Shown: piece by piece, positions 51,669 through 64,000 of the stretch
Numbering within the stretch: the first letter of the stretch is position 1
Layout: each line of letters opens with the position of its first letter
Assembly: GCA_965649765.1 (NCBI GenBank)
Contig: OZ287748.1
Location: 52,204,001-52,268,000 of the forward strand
DNA length: 64,000 bases
Reading direction: 5' to 3'
Source: Bispira polyomma
Taxonomy: Eukaryota
Notes under the pieces: model-generated
The model's database searches: none
What the model was told of the DNA's origin: nothing
Seen by the model: only the letters and a program-made list of their open reading frames with translations
Position numbers and translations under genes: made by a program

Positions 51669-52915
51669 CAATGTTGTCTCATCTCTGTAGAGTTGCTTCA
51701 CGTCGGTTTGTATCTTCTTGGTTGTCCTTCTATTCAGATCTACTTGTATCCATGTACTGAAATTTAAATTTGGGCTTTTGAAGATTTGTCTTTATACATA
51801 TGGTATTTGATGTATCATTGAGAAAATTTATTTTACAATAATCTAAGTTCTAATTGCTTTATATGTATATTTTTATTTGCAATTATTTGCTTGTCATTAT
51901 TTTAGGATTTTAGCTGCTATAAAGCTTATTTTAGAAAATTATCAATCTTTATGGAGGCATTCAGTTTAAATATTTAACTAAAACGATACAGCTTAATGTT
52001 TATACTTATAATCCATCTTCTCGGATTTAGCAGACCATATTGAGTGAGTGTAAAGTCCTGACAGGGACACCAACACAATATAACATCAGTGGATATATTT
52101 CATTGTGAGGAGGTAAAGAACTTCATTATTGTGGACGTCTCAATTAACGTGTATTAGTCCAGAATGTCACTTCAATGTCACTATTTGTGACCAGTTATTC
52201 AACCTTTTAGTTCGTTTTAAAGTTTTAAAAGCATTCCCAAGTGAACTCCTGTACTTGCTACCTGGTAGCTCTGTGTGTCAATCTGATAATGAGAGCTTTT
52301 AAACGTTCAGCTCACTAATGTACAGGTTGGTTCACTCTTATCTTACTTACTTTACAAGCTTTGAGCTTTGAATAATGTTGTCAATACCATAGAATGTATT
52401 ATGTACTGTTTGTTGTACTGATAGCTCTGGTTGTCTGTTAACTGTCAGTATTAACTATTGTCTTTATGTTTGTAACCAGTGTTCTTGCCAGAGTTTTCTA
52501 TACATTCTATACAGTATATATGTTCAACTTCTAGTCATATATGTTTTGCCTTTGGTTTCATTCTGGAGTTAAATATTTACACTCATTGAGAACTATCAAA
52601 TTCAAATATGACATATATGTTTTAAATGTTTAATATATAATTTGAATATGATGTTTTTAACAAATGTTGTAATATTTGTAATGAAATTTACAGTTGAAAT
52701 ATATATTCAAAACCATAACAGCAGGACTGGGTATAGTGTGACATTTATCTGATACCATATAAATATTTATGGTGATCAATCAATCATATAAACCTACCAT
52801 AAACTTGTAATGACAACCATTTTACAAAATTTGTTATACCTATTTAATTGTGCAAGTCTGCCTTTTGTAAGCGAATATTTATTGTTAAAAGTTGCTATAT
52901 ATTTATTATTACAAA

Positions 52916-52921
52916 AATAAA
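52916..52921 (+). terminator. Candidate polyadenylation signal for Pcdh-B
   Basis: AATAAA followed by a T/GT-rich tract after about 1.25 kb of AT-rich 3'-UTR-like sequence. Confidence 0.5.
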
Positions 52922-53879
52922 ATATGCATCTTAAACCTTTGTTTATTTTTCTCCGTCTGTGAGTTTTTTGGAATGTATCACAATGTATTTTGAGTAGCTG
53001 TTTGTATTAGTTAATCTGAATTATTGTTTTGGTTGAGACAATACCTAATCTCCATGTAATTATTACCGTCACTAATAGTATATACTCTTACACGCCTCCA
53101 TCCTAATTTTAGAAGAAGACAAGCTGTGTGAACATGTATGAGTTGGCTTGTGAACAACCTACATGTTTCTTCTTTAATGTGATTCATTAGTTTTGACAGT
53201 CATACAACAGCGGTAAGACATAGTTATGACCAAAAAAGTCTGTGAACTGTCAATCATATGACTCTGAAGGGACCTAGTTAAGACCTTTGTAAGACTGTAA
53301 CATGACAGCCGTAATACTTTATGTACGACTATATAAAGCTGCAGTCATGTTCAACTCGAATGTCGAAAAGAACAAAAAACAAGAATTAAGACAGTAAAAA
53401 GACACACACATGTGGAGAACACATTACTGCAATGTGAGGACAGTCACATTGATGCTGTGGACTGCTGGTGTTGCAACGCTTAATTTGAACATGTTCAAAT
53501 TCAATAGTGAACACAATACAAACCCTTTCGATATGAAAAGACTTAAAAAGACAACAAGGAGATGGTTTGATTAATTTCATGGGATGTGGTAATGAACATT
53601 CCCTAAAGTGGGATATCGGGGTGAGTCTAGTGATTATTTACAAATGTGCTGCACTACACACTTTTCTAGAGAAACTATAGGATCAAAAGGCCACTTTGGA
53701 CAGATGAGGTTCTCCTATATACTACACATCTTCGTATAATTAAAGCATGCCCTTTAGATCTAAGAGAGCCAGTATACATATGGAGAGTAATGGAAAATGT
53801 TCTTATATACCTCTTACTGGTTTACAAGACAGAACTGTGTAGAACACACCAATCTAGAGTATATGATGCTATGTGACTT

Positions 53880-54520
53880 ATCTACACAATGGCGGGTGTA
53901 ACATTTAACTAAGAATAATCTAAGCACAGTTCCCTTAGTATATACAAGAGTATTGGTTGATCATGGTATCAAAGGCTTCGTATAAATCTAACAAAATTAG
54001 ACACAGTTTATTCACATATAGCCTTTATTCAAACGCAGCAGGTCATTTATCACCTTAAACAGAGCTGTCGAATAGATAATCCCACTCTAATATGCAGACA
54101 TATTAAAGTCATTATTGGTAATGCAATACGTAAACTGAGTGACAACTACCTATTCAATGAATTTGGACATGGAAGTTAGGTTACATACCAATCGATAATT
54201 GTTACAGATATACAATCCAAACCAACTCATCTTCTTGATAAGTAGTCGTTTAACAGCATGTTTCAGTGATGTAGGTTTATTTTTTTCCTGGAGAATCCTG
54301 GCGATACTTTTAACCAGTTTATCTCGACATTTCTTCACATGGTTTTTTGAAATAGCATACAGATTGGAATTATTGTTAAATACCGTATTTGTCAACCATC
54401 AGACACCTAAAATTCACACAATGTGGGTGAATATAGTTCCTTTCACTGATGCTAACAGCTATAACATTACCAGACGAAATATCCGATTAAACCAATATAA
54501 TTGTGAAGGGTGTAATGGGA
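53880..54520 (-). mobile_element. Old L2/CR1-group LINE RT fragment
   Basis: LKHAVKRLLIKK...NNYRLVCNLTSMSKFIE, followed by STALFKVINDLL-like remnants. Confidence 0.65.
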
Positions 54521-56654
54521 TGTGGTGGAAATGAATATTCTCAATGAAAGCTTAATGCAGGACACAAACAGTAGGTGGTGGGTGTTTTAGACCACTGCAG
54601 AGACTTGACTTTGTGGGTGGCTGTATTGTTGTTATTGACATCTCCTCAGAGATAATCCTCTATGGAAGGATTATAACAGTAATACAGAGAGTATATGTGC
54701 TACTAATGTCCAATTTACTGCAAATACAGGTCTCTTACCAGCTGGGAGTAACTTCTCACACCTGTCATTTAGGGTGGAATCTAGAAGTAGAGGAAGTCTC
54801 TCACAACATCTGTGTCGTGTATTAAATACCACGTCTGTGAAAACTCCCGGACTCCCAACAAACAACATTGATCTTGTGTGTCCGTTTACAAGTCAGCCAA
54901 ATGTTTTAGCAATAAATCGACTGTAGACGTCACTTTTTAAAGAACAGAACTAGCCCTCTTTCTTCAAACTGTCATACTTTAAGAACCTCTAAAAAGCTAA
55001 TAGACTGCACATTAATACTAGCATTTTCTTGTTGAATCTCGCCATTTGAAGGGAACAAGCAATCGATTTACTCCTCCAACTGTAACCCAAAAATTTCAAC
55101 CTACTTTTTTAGCCTCGTATCTGAGAAGTCATCTCTTTGGGGAGCATTAAAACTTTGGCTAATATCGCCCCTGATCTTTTTTCTCTGAAATCAAGACCAT
55201 AATTAGGTTTTCTCGCTCCAAACGCTTCACTATGTGAACCAAAGCAGGGATTGTTTGTACAAAGAGGACAGAAAGTGGCTGGCGGAGATTGGTTTAGTGC
55301 CAGGGAAGTCTTGAGTAACTCAGCTTACTGGAGAACTAAATCACATCTACATAGAACAATGGGAGATGAGGGTGAGGCTGGACGTCTACTAAAACAGAGC
55401 CAACAACAGGTTGGGTGGCCTTGATTGATAGGGAGGATGGAACCATGTGTTTACAGCATAACGGTGGCTTAATAACCTTACTCTGAAGAAAATGAGATGA
55501 CACTTCCAGGACCTAATCAGTTTACACTGGCCTGTAAAACAATGTCACACGGTGCTGTCCATCAAACTTATTAAAACACACAGGGAGACAGGTGTATATT
55601 TACAACAGCAGATCATAAATAGTCTTCTTTTATCCAAATAATCCACACTGCCCATGCAATGCTGTCAGTATGGTCAATCTGGGCATAAAGCAGTTCTCTG
55701 GGGAGGGGAAGTTTTTACTGTATTCAGAGTGTATTAAGTAGGTGAGGGAGGATTAAGTTCTCACCACAGCTGGCGGGTCCTTTATGTAAATGAATGGCTG
55801 GGCCAATTAGGAAGCTCATTAACACAATGGCCAACAAGCTGTACTTTCTACAGCTTAAGCTGACTTTAAGTCTAGAGGTTTCAAAACACATATCACTTAC
55901 AGATGTACATACAGCTTATCATGTTTATTGCTTCCTAACTAGGTATTTATGTAAACAGTGCTATAGGAAAATAGCAATATTGGGGATCTTTCGCATTAGC
56001 CTTAGATATCTATATACCCCTTAATCTATAACATTAAGCCATCATGATGCTGTCCACACACAGCTCCCATTAAATACTGATGAAATGCTGATTGTGTGCT
56101 GAACTGTAGACCTGATAAACATGTGTTGAACAACAACTAGTTACCCACTACTCACTAACACACTACAGCTCTCTGACTGGGCTCTCTTTAAATTCACTGC
56201 ACAGTCTTAGCGTCAACTGCTCCTCACAAATACACCTAAAGCTCCTCAAAAGATGATTGTTTGAGAAAAGCTATGAACTTTTTTCCCTATTTAAGCACTA
56301 TTTGTTGGGTCTTTTTCTCCCAGAAAGCATTCACAATCCGGATTTCTATGGCTACATTTGAATGACGTCAGACAAGCTGTTAAAGGGGTAGGTTGGGATT
56401 GATTCAGATCCACACAAAAGTGGGAGTTGTCTGGTCTAAGAACGTGATCTATTCAGGACATCATGTCCCACAGAAACCAACAAGTTATCAGTGGGCTGCT
56501 TTTGATGATAGATGGTGTGCCTAATTCAAACTTCACAGCTCAAGACAGCACCTAGACTTAATCATAAACGATGAGGCCTCGCCTTCATGGAGCAAAGGTG
56601 GTGTTTAGTAAGAATGGAGCAGAGGACGACATCGGTTAGGAACTATTTATTCCC

Positions 56655-57870
56655 TCCACAGATAGTACAACCTTCACACATTTTACAACCTCCACACATA
56701 GTACAACCTCCACACATAGTACAACCTCCAGTACAACCTTCACACATAGTATAACCTCCACACATAGTACAACCTCCACACATAGTACAACCTCCACTGA
56801 TAGTACAACCTCCACACATAGTACAACCTCCACATATAGTACAACCTCCACTGATAGTACAACCTCCACACATAGTACAACCTCCATACATAGTACAACC
56901 TTCACATATAATACAACCTTTACATATAGTACAACCTTCACATATAGTACCACCTTCACATATAGTATAACCTCCACAGATAGTACAACCTCCACACATA
57001 GTACAACCTCCACACATACAGTACAACCTCCACACATAGTACAACCTCCACACATAGTACAACCTCCACATAGAGTACAACCTTCACACATAGTACAACC
57101 ATAACACATAGTACAACCTTAACACATAGTACAACCTCCACAGATAGTACAACCTCCACATATAGTACAACCTTCACACATAGTACAACCTCCACATATA
57201 GTACAACCTCCACATATAGTACAACCTCCACACATAGTACAACCTTCACATATAGTACAACCTCCACACATAGTACAACCTCCACAGATAGTACAACTTT
57301 CACATAGCGTACAACCTCCACACATAGTACAACCTCTACATAGAGTACAACCTCCACATAGAGTACAACCTCCACACATAGTACAACCTCCAGATAGTAC
57401 AACCTTCACATATAGTACAACCTCCACACATAGTACAACCTCCACAGAGAGTACAACCTTCACATATAGTAGAACCTCCACACATAGTACAACCTCCACA
57501 GATAGTACAACCTTCACATATAGTACAACCTCCACACATACAGTACAACCTCCACACATAGTACAACCTCCACACATAGTACAACCTTAACACATAGTAC
57601 AACCTTAACACATAGTACAACCTTAACACATAGTACAACCTCCACAGATAGTACAACCTCCACAGATAGTACAACCTTCACATATAGTACAACCTCCACA
57701 CATACAGTACAACCTCCACACATAGTACAACCTCCACACATAGTACAACCTCCACACATAGTACAACCTTAACACATAGTACAACCTCCACACATAGTAC
57801 AACGTCCACACATAGTACAACCTCCACAGATAGTACAACCTTCACACATAGTACAACCTCCACACATAGT
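56655..57870. repeat. Minisatellite, 18-bp unit (left part)
   Basis: ACATAGTACAACCTCCAC tandem. Confidence 0.97.
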
Positions 57871-60800
57871 AAGGTATTAAGGTTAGCGTGTATCGGGGGA
57901 AGACCGCTATGGGAAAATACCATAAAATTTTGTAAAAGATCGTCGTTTATGGCTACATCTTTACGTTTATTTGTTACTATTTATGTTTTTCTACCCTTTT
58001 TACATTAAATTTGAGTAATTTTGCTGTTTTATGTTGTGAATTTAGCTAGAAAAATATAATACCCAATTATCGCCCACTTCATTTGGCGGGAGTGGGCCGT
58101 ACTCTACTATAATATTTTGTAATAAGATCTACATCTGCACGGTTATTTGTTGGTATTTATGTTTTTTCTACCCTTTTTACATTAAATTTGAGTAGTTTTG
58201 CTGTTTTATGTTGTGAATTTAGCTAGAAGACTATAATAGCCGATTATCGCCCACTTCGTTTGGCGGGAGTGGGCCGTACTCTACAAGATCTATAATATTT
58301 TGTAATAAGATCTACATCTCCACGGTTATTTGTTGGTATTTATGTTTTTCTACCCTTTTTTACATTAAATTTGAGTAATTTTGCTGTTTTATGTTGTTAA
58401 TTTAGTCTTGTTTTGCTGTTCTATATTGTAAATTTACCAATATAACCAATATTTACCAATATAATTATTGTCTCATCTTCTGTCTCATCTTCTGTTTTGA
58501 GACTTTTCGTCTCATTTTGTTGTTCTATATTGTAAATTTGCCAATATAATTATTGTCTCATCTTCTGTTGCTACATGTTGGTGTGGTTGTACTTAGCTTA
58601 AGGTCAGGCTATAGTGTGGGGTGCTAGGGTGCCTGTGAGTCGCCCACGGGACGAAGAATTGTGCGGTGAGTTGTAGGGACAAGCTTTCTGAGGCTCCCCA
58701 CTGTTGAGTTCAGGTTAAGGGCTTCTTCTTTTTCTACAACCTCACTAGGCATGTTTCTGCTTCGGGTTGTCCTTTTTTCAGCACTGTTTGCTGTGGCTAT
58801 GGCTCATAGGTATGAGTTGTTGCATCACAGTGTTGCTCATACATCAGCAACCTCATTGGCTAAAGTTGCAAAAAATTTCCTACCACCATTAATGGAAGAG
58901 GTCTTGTCTTGTTACTTTTACTCGCCGGCGATGTGTCCCTTAACCCTGGTCCTGTCATGCTCGGGGTGTTAAATGCTAGATCCGTGAGGAACAAGGGTCC
59001 ACGCCTTGCAGATATTGTGACATCGCACGACCTCGACTTCCTTTGTGTTACTGAGACCCATGTCCGTCTATCTGATACTGATAGCTTCCTACGGTCTGTT
59101 ACTCCTCCAGATTTTGTGTTTCCTCAAGTGCCTCGTCCCTCACGTATTGGTGGCGGTGTTGGTTTCTTCATCAGATCCTCCTACAAACCACATAAAATAG
59201 ATTCTCCTGTCTATCAGTCCTTTGAAAATATGATGGTGTCAATTGGGCTTCATGGCCGCTCACTGTTGCTTGCCTGCATCTATCGCCCCCCAGGATCATA
59301 TACCTGTAATTTTTTAGAAGGATTTATGTCTTTTGTTGGTTTCTTGTCTTCCATTAACAGTTCATATCATATCTGTGGTGACTTTAACATCCATGTTGAT
59401 GCACCAGTTGGTGACGGTCATAAATTTATGACCTTTCTTGATTCATGCGATTAAAACAGTTAGTTAGACAACCTACCCATCTGCATGGTCACATTCTGGA
59501 CCTTATTATATCTCCTTGTGATCAGGATGCTATTGTGGATGTCAAAGTCTGTGATTTCATATCGGATCATGCATTAGTCAAATGCTCAATTGCCTCTCCC
59601 CCACAGGTGGCTCATATTCCTAATACAGTGCATTATAGGAGGTACCACCGTATTAACATGTCTGACCTCCGTACTGATCTTGAGAGTACTTCCTTTATTA
59701 AGTCACCTGCCAATTCTGTAGCCAAACTTTATGAACAATACATACATGACTTGGGTGATGTACTAGGTAAGCATGCACCACTTGTATCCAGAATGTCAAA
59801 GAAAGATTCTGTGCATTGGCTCTCTGATTCTTACCGACGGGCAAAATCTCTCAGGCGCCAATATGAAAGAACTTGGCGAAGGGCCAAGAATCCATTAAAT
59901 AGAAGTCGAGTACGTCGCCAGATTGCTCGGTGCAATGTACTTGTTAACGAGGATAAGTCGGTGTATTACAGCAAACTTATCTCTGACAACAGTCACAACT
60001 CCAGGAAGCTGTGGCACAAACTGCGCAAGACCCTTAATATGGATACCAATGTGGCACTCCCGTCCCATGATTCTGATAAATCACTAGCTGATAAGTTTGC
60101 TTCCTTTTTTTCGGACAAAATTAAGAGAATTAGAGATACTTTTGTTGTCTCTGGAACTAAAATTGATGTTTATCCTCTTTCTGATCCTCCAGAAATTACT
60201 GCCTTTACCAGAGTCTCTGAAGATGATGTTAGTAAAATAATAAGTAACTCGCCTACAAAATCCTGCATGTTGGATCCATGGCCAACATCTCTTATTAAAG
60301 AATGTAGTGATACATTACTACCATCCATTACAAAACTTGTAAACTGCTCACTTACGGAGGGACATGTACCTGATGGTTTTAAAACAGCTGTGGTTACTCC
60401 TCTTATTAAGAAGGATTCTATTCCAGTTGATGACCTGAAGAATTATTGCCCTGTATCTGGTCTTAGTTTCATATCAAAACTGGTTGAACGTGTGGTTGCT
60501 AGGCAACTGTTAGATCACATCTTGGTCCACGACTTAGACAACCCATACCAGTCTGCGTATAAAACTGGTCATTCGACTGAGACAGCTCTTCTGTCTATAA
60601 AAAATGAAGTTCACCTATCTTTGTCAAGAGGGGAACCTACTGCCCTGGTATTGCTCGACCTCTCTGCTGCCTTTGACACCATTGATCATTCCACGCTTTT
60701 CAGTTGTCTTCAGACTTGGTTTGGAGTTACGGGCTCTGTTCTTAAATGGTTCACTTCCTACTTAACCGATCGTTATCAGTCGATAAAAATTGGCTCTACT

Positions 60801-61950
60801 CTGTCCGATCTTTGTAAACTCTTGTTTGGTGTCCCTCAAGGTTCTGTTTTGGGCCCTCTGTTGTTCTCATTATACACTGCTCCTCTCAGATTGGTTATTG
60901 GCAAATACACAGGAATAAAGTTTCATTTTTATGCAGATGATACCCAAATTTATGTGCACATATCCCATAAAAACACATCTACTGCCTTTGAACAGTTGCA
61001 CAGGTGCCTTGACGATGTGAAAGGGTGGATGTCAACTGGTAAACTCAAACTTAATCCCGACAAGACTGAGTTCATAATCTTTGGCTCAAAACAACAGAGG
61101 GATAAGTTGAAAGCATTGTTTCCAGTTGACATCCTGGGTAGCCCTTTGAGCCCAGCTGATTCTGTCAAGAACCTGGGTGTATGTTTTGACTCTGACTTTT
61201 CTTTCTCTAAACACGTTCAGAGTGTCTACAAAAGCTGTTTTATGCAACTCCGTGACTTTAGATGTGTCAGACGGTTTCTCACTTATGATGCTTCTATACT
61301 TGTGGCCAATGCTTTTGTCAGTAGTAGACTAGATTACTGCAATTCACTTTTCAGGAGTCTGTCAAAGTTTAATTTACGCAAATTACAATGCATTCAAAAT
61401 AGTGCAGCTAGAATTGTGTCAAACACCAGTCGATACACTAGTATAACTCCTGTTCTTAAGAAATTGCATTGGCTCCCTGTTGAACAGCGTTCAGTGTTTA
61501 AGACAACTACACTTGTTTATAAGTTTCTCCACACTGGGTTTCCAAAGTATTTTGCCCCATATCTTTCCACTTACAGTAGTTCCTACAATACCAGACGTAG
61601 TCAGAGTGGTAGTAATTTCCTTGTTGTTCCGAAGTTCCACTCATCTACTCAAAAGTCAGTTAAACAGTTTGGTCACAGCTTTGCTTTTGATGCTCCCATT
61701 GTTTGGAATGGTCTTCCTGATGTGATTCGTGCTTCCCCCTCACTAGCCTGTTTTAGAAAGAAGCTTAAAACCCACTTGTACACTAAAGCATATCCACCTT
61801 AGTCTCAATCATCCCCCGGCGCGCTCTATGTTGCTGACCCTTTTTCTGTCCCTTGATTTTGGAAATTGGATAACTGTCTTTTGTGCTGGTGCGCCTTAGA
61901 GTCCCCTTTGTTAAGGGGAGATTAAGCGCAATAAAAGTCTAATTACAATT
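57871..61950 (+). mobile_element. Near-full-length L2/CR1-group LINE (APE + RT) inserted in the 18-bp minisatellite
   Basis: 5' UTR with about 180-bp repeats, APE and RT domains, 3' stem-loop 61891-61929, AATAAA and (AATTAC) tail; the same satellite resumes at 61951. Confidence 0.95.
58751..61802 (+). pseudogene. LINE ORF: hydrophobic leader, 2A-like motif, AP endonuclease, RT; two single-base frameshifts (about 58870 and 59450)
   Basis: GDVSLNPGP; LNARSV, VTETH, GGGV, IYRPP, GDFNIH, LDL, SDH; LDLSAAFDTIDH, GVPQGSVLGP, YADDTQ, SRLDYCNS, LHWLPV. Confidence 0.92.
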
Positions 61951-62440
61951 ACATAGTACAACCTCCACAGATAGTACAACCTCCACATATAGTACAACGT
62001 TCACACATAGTACAACCTCCACATAGAGTACAACCTCCACACATAGTACAACCTCCACATATAGTACAACCTTCACACATAGTACAACCTCCACATAGAG
62101 TACAACCTCCACACATAGTACAACCTCCACATAGAGTACAACCTCCACAGATAGTACAACCTCCACAGATAGTACAACCTCCACAGATAGTACAACCTTC
62201 ACACATAGTACAACCTCCACAGATAGTACAACCTCCACAGATAGTACAACCTTCACACATAGTACAACCTCCACAGATAGTACAACCTCCACATATAGTA
62301 CAACCTTCACACATAGTACAATCTCCACATAGAGTACAACCTCCACACATAGTACAACCTCCACACATAATACAACCTCCACACATAGTACAACCTCCAC
62401 ACATACAGTACAACCTCCACATACAGTACAACCTCCACAC
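61951..62440. repeat. Minisatellite, 18-bp unit (right part)
   Basis: Same unit as 56655-57870. Confidence 0.97.
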
Positions 62441-63596
62441 AACCTAAGACACCTGTATCAAAATACTACTCCACATACATACACTCTCACATACACATAT
62501 GCATTAAAAAATTTATTGTGATTTAAAAATAAGTTGGTTTCTGCCCCCTCTGTTTCTACCAATCTGCAATATCATGAATATTTTGATGTGGGTTGGAAAT
62601 GACGAATACTTTTTAAAACTTATTTAATTTGTTTTTAAATATATGTAGGTGTGACTGTTTAATGTTTTCCTTCTTTAGACAATAAATTACTGACATTCAG
62701 GTCCTTTGTTTTAGTAGCATCCTTTAAAACCTCTCGCCCTTAAATAGAGTCTGTATTGATAACTAACTACATGGTTGACCCTAGAGTGAGAGAATGTAAA
62801 TACCATTATGACAGTTCATGGACTAGGAACAGAACAGGTCAGACATGACCTTGGACTTCTCTGACGTGGTTAAATATATTGTGGACACTAATAGTCTCTT
62901 GTAGGAAGAATAGATTTGTCCTTCGATGACAATGTGTTTTACATCGTGGAAATCTAGGAATCATTTGAGCAGATCATATGAAATGTATATGGCTAAAATA
63001 AAGGCTTCTTATAACTAAGATATCAAATTTTGTTTAAAAATTCCCCCTGTATTACAATGAATAATATAATCTCTTGGTCTGAGATCATCTGATTTACTCC
63101 TGCAGCTTAGAGGATGTGGTGCTCTAGGGCTACCACTCTCACCTCAACCTCTCTAGTTAGAGGATCAAATCTTAGCCTCAGCATGCGTGTGAGCAAGTTG
63201 GCAATAGAATTGTTAAAGATCATCCTATCGCCTGTCACTGCCACAAAGTTGAGGCATGTTCAAATAAAACTTTGGAGAACGTGCCGCAAAAGTGACACGT
63301 ATCTCCAGTAAGACCCACTATTGAGAAACAAAGACATAACGAACAATAACGAATACCCTCTACTGACACTCCAATCATAACAAAAGCTCACTAACTGCTG
63401 CCAATTGACACTAAGACAAAACAAGTCATCACGACCTGCTACTGACAAGAAATGCTCCAAAGTAATCAAGACGTATATCCCTGCATCCCCTCGCATCACA
63501 ACCCTCACGTCCTTGAAGCTTAGAACATTTCAAAACTTTTGTGATGGTGTGGCTAATGCTCACGGATATCAACAAACATTACAGAAGTAGTCCTAA

Positions 63597-64000
63597 AGTG
63601 GTGACTCAACATTCAAGTTTGATTGGTAAAATGGGCCTGATTTTAAAATCGAGAATGTTGAGGCAAACAAATCAATAAAATCCATTTTTGCGCAGGAAAA
63701 TTTAAAATGTAGGGCGACCTTCCTGATTGAACTGATTGGACCCCGTTTTTACGGGACACTGACCCTGATCTTACTTGAACCAGGTTAGGATCGAACTTAC
63801 AGGTGATAGGATCTGACTTTTCGCCCTAGGATCGAATGTATCGCCAGGGGGATCAAACTTATTCGGCGAAGATGACCTTCCCGTTTTTAGAGGTCCGGGA
63901 CGTAAGTCAGGGGACTTTTACAAACAAACATGTTTGATATTCTTCCTGATGTTCCCGACCACCTCGTTTGAGCCCCCCGATAATCCTGACCAAATCCTGA
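63597..64000 (+). mobile_element. Harbinger non-autonomous derivative (family B), running to window end
   Basis: After TAA, aligns with 21751-21990 and then with the right subterminus (22420-22590); internally deleted. Confidence 0.8.

Noticed and set aside
55270-56370. Promoter of a third protocadherin (CCAAT boxes, TGACGTCA at about 56363)
   Set aside because: Short motifs only; no downstream exon within the window to support it.
56636-57923. Cys-rich (CGGCTM)n and (VEVVLC)n ORFs resembling metallothionein or keratin-associated proteins, also 61939-62442
   Set aside because: Translations of an 18-bp minisatellite, open in several frames and interrupted by a LINE.
58633-58660. Hammerhead-like string CTGTGAGTC...GACGAAG in the LINE 5' region
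   Set aside because: Core deviates from CUGANGA/GAAA and stems I and III cannot be formed.

Overview
AT-rich, repeat-rich eukaryotic (animal, probably lophotrochozoan such as annelid or mollusc; inference) genomic window with one 130-N gap. The host genes are two tandem + strand protocadherins. Pcdh-B is complete: exons 40456-43221, 49790-49925 and 51232-51668, about 1112 aa, with signal peptide, 7 cadherin repeats, TM and cytoplasmic tail. Pcdh-A shows only two 3' cytoplasmic exons (16353-16482, 19717-20252); its ectodomain exon is not visible in the window. Both genes share splice phases and a YSGDGSxxDSGKGxSEEGD exon but have different last exons. The rest is mobile DNA and minisatellites: a decayed DIRS1-type retrotransposon with intact ICR/right-end structure inside a mariner-like remnant, an Ngaro-like tyrosine recombinase fragment, a decayed Harbinger element with non-autonomous derivatives (some nested), tRNA-derived SINEs, L2/CR1-group LINE fragments (one with a 5' inversion) and a near-full-length L2-group LINE with a signal-peptide-like leader and 2A-like motif inserted in an 18-bp minisatellite. 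The most unusual observations are the paired protocadherin architecture and a 54-bp intronic array whose units each look like an in-frame 27-nt cassette exon. All calls are from manual reading; repeat boundaries are approximate.
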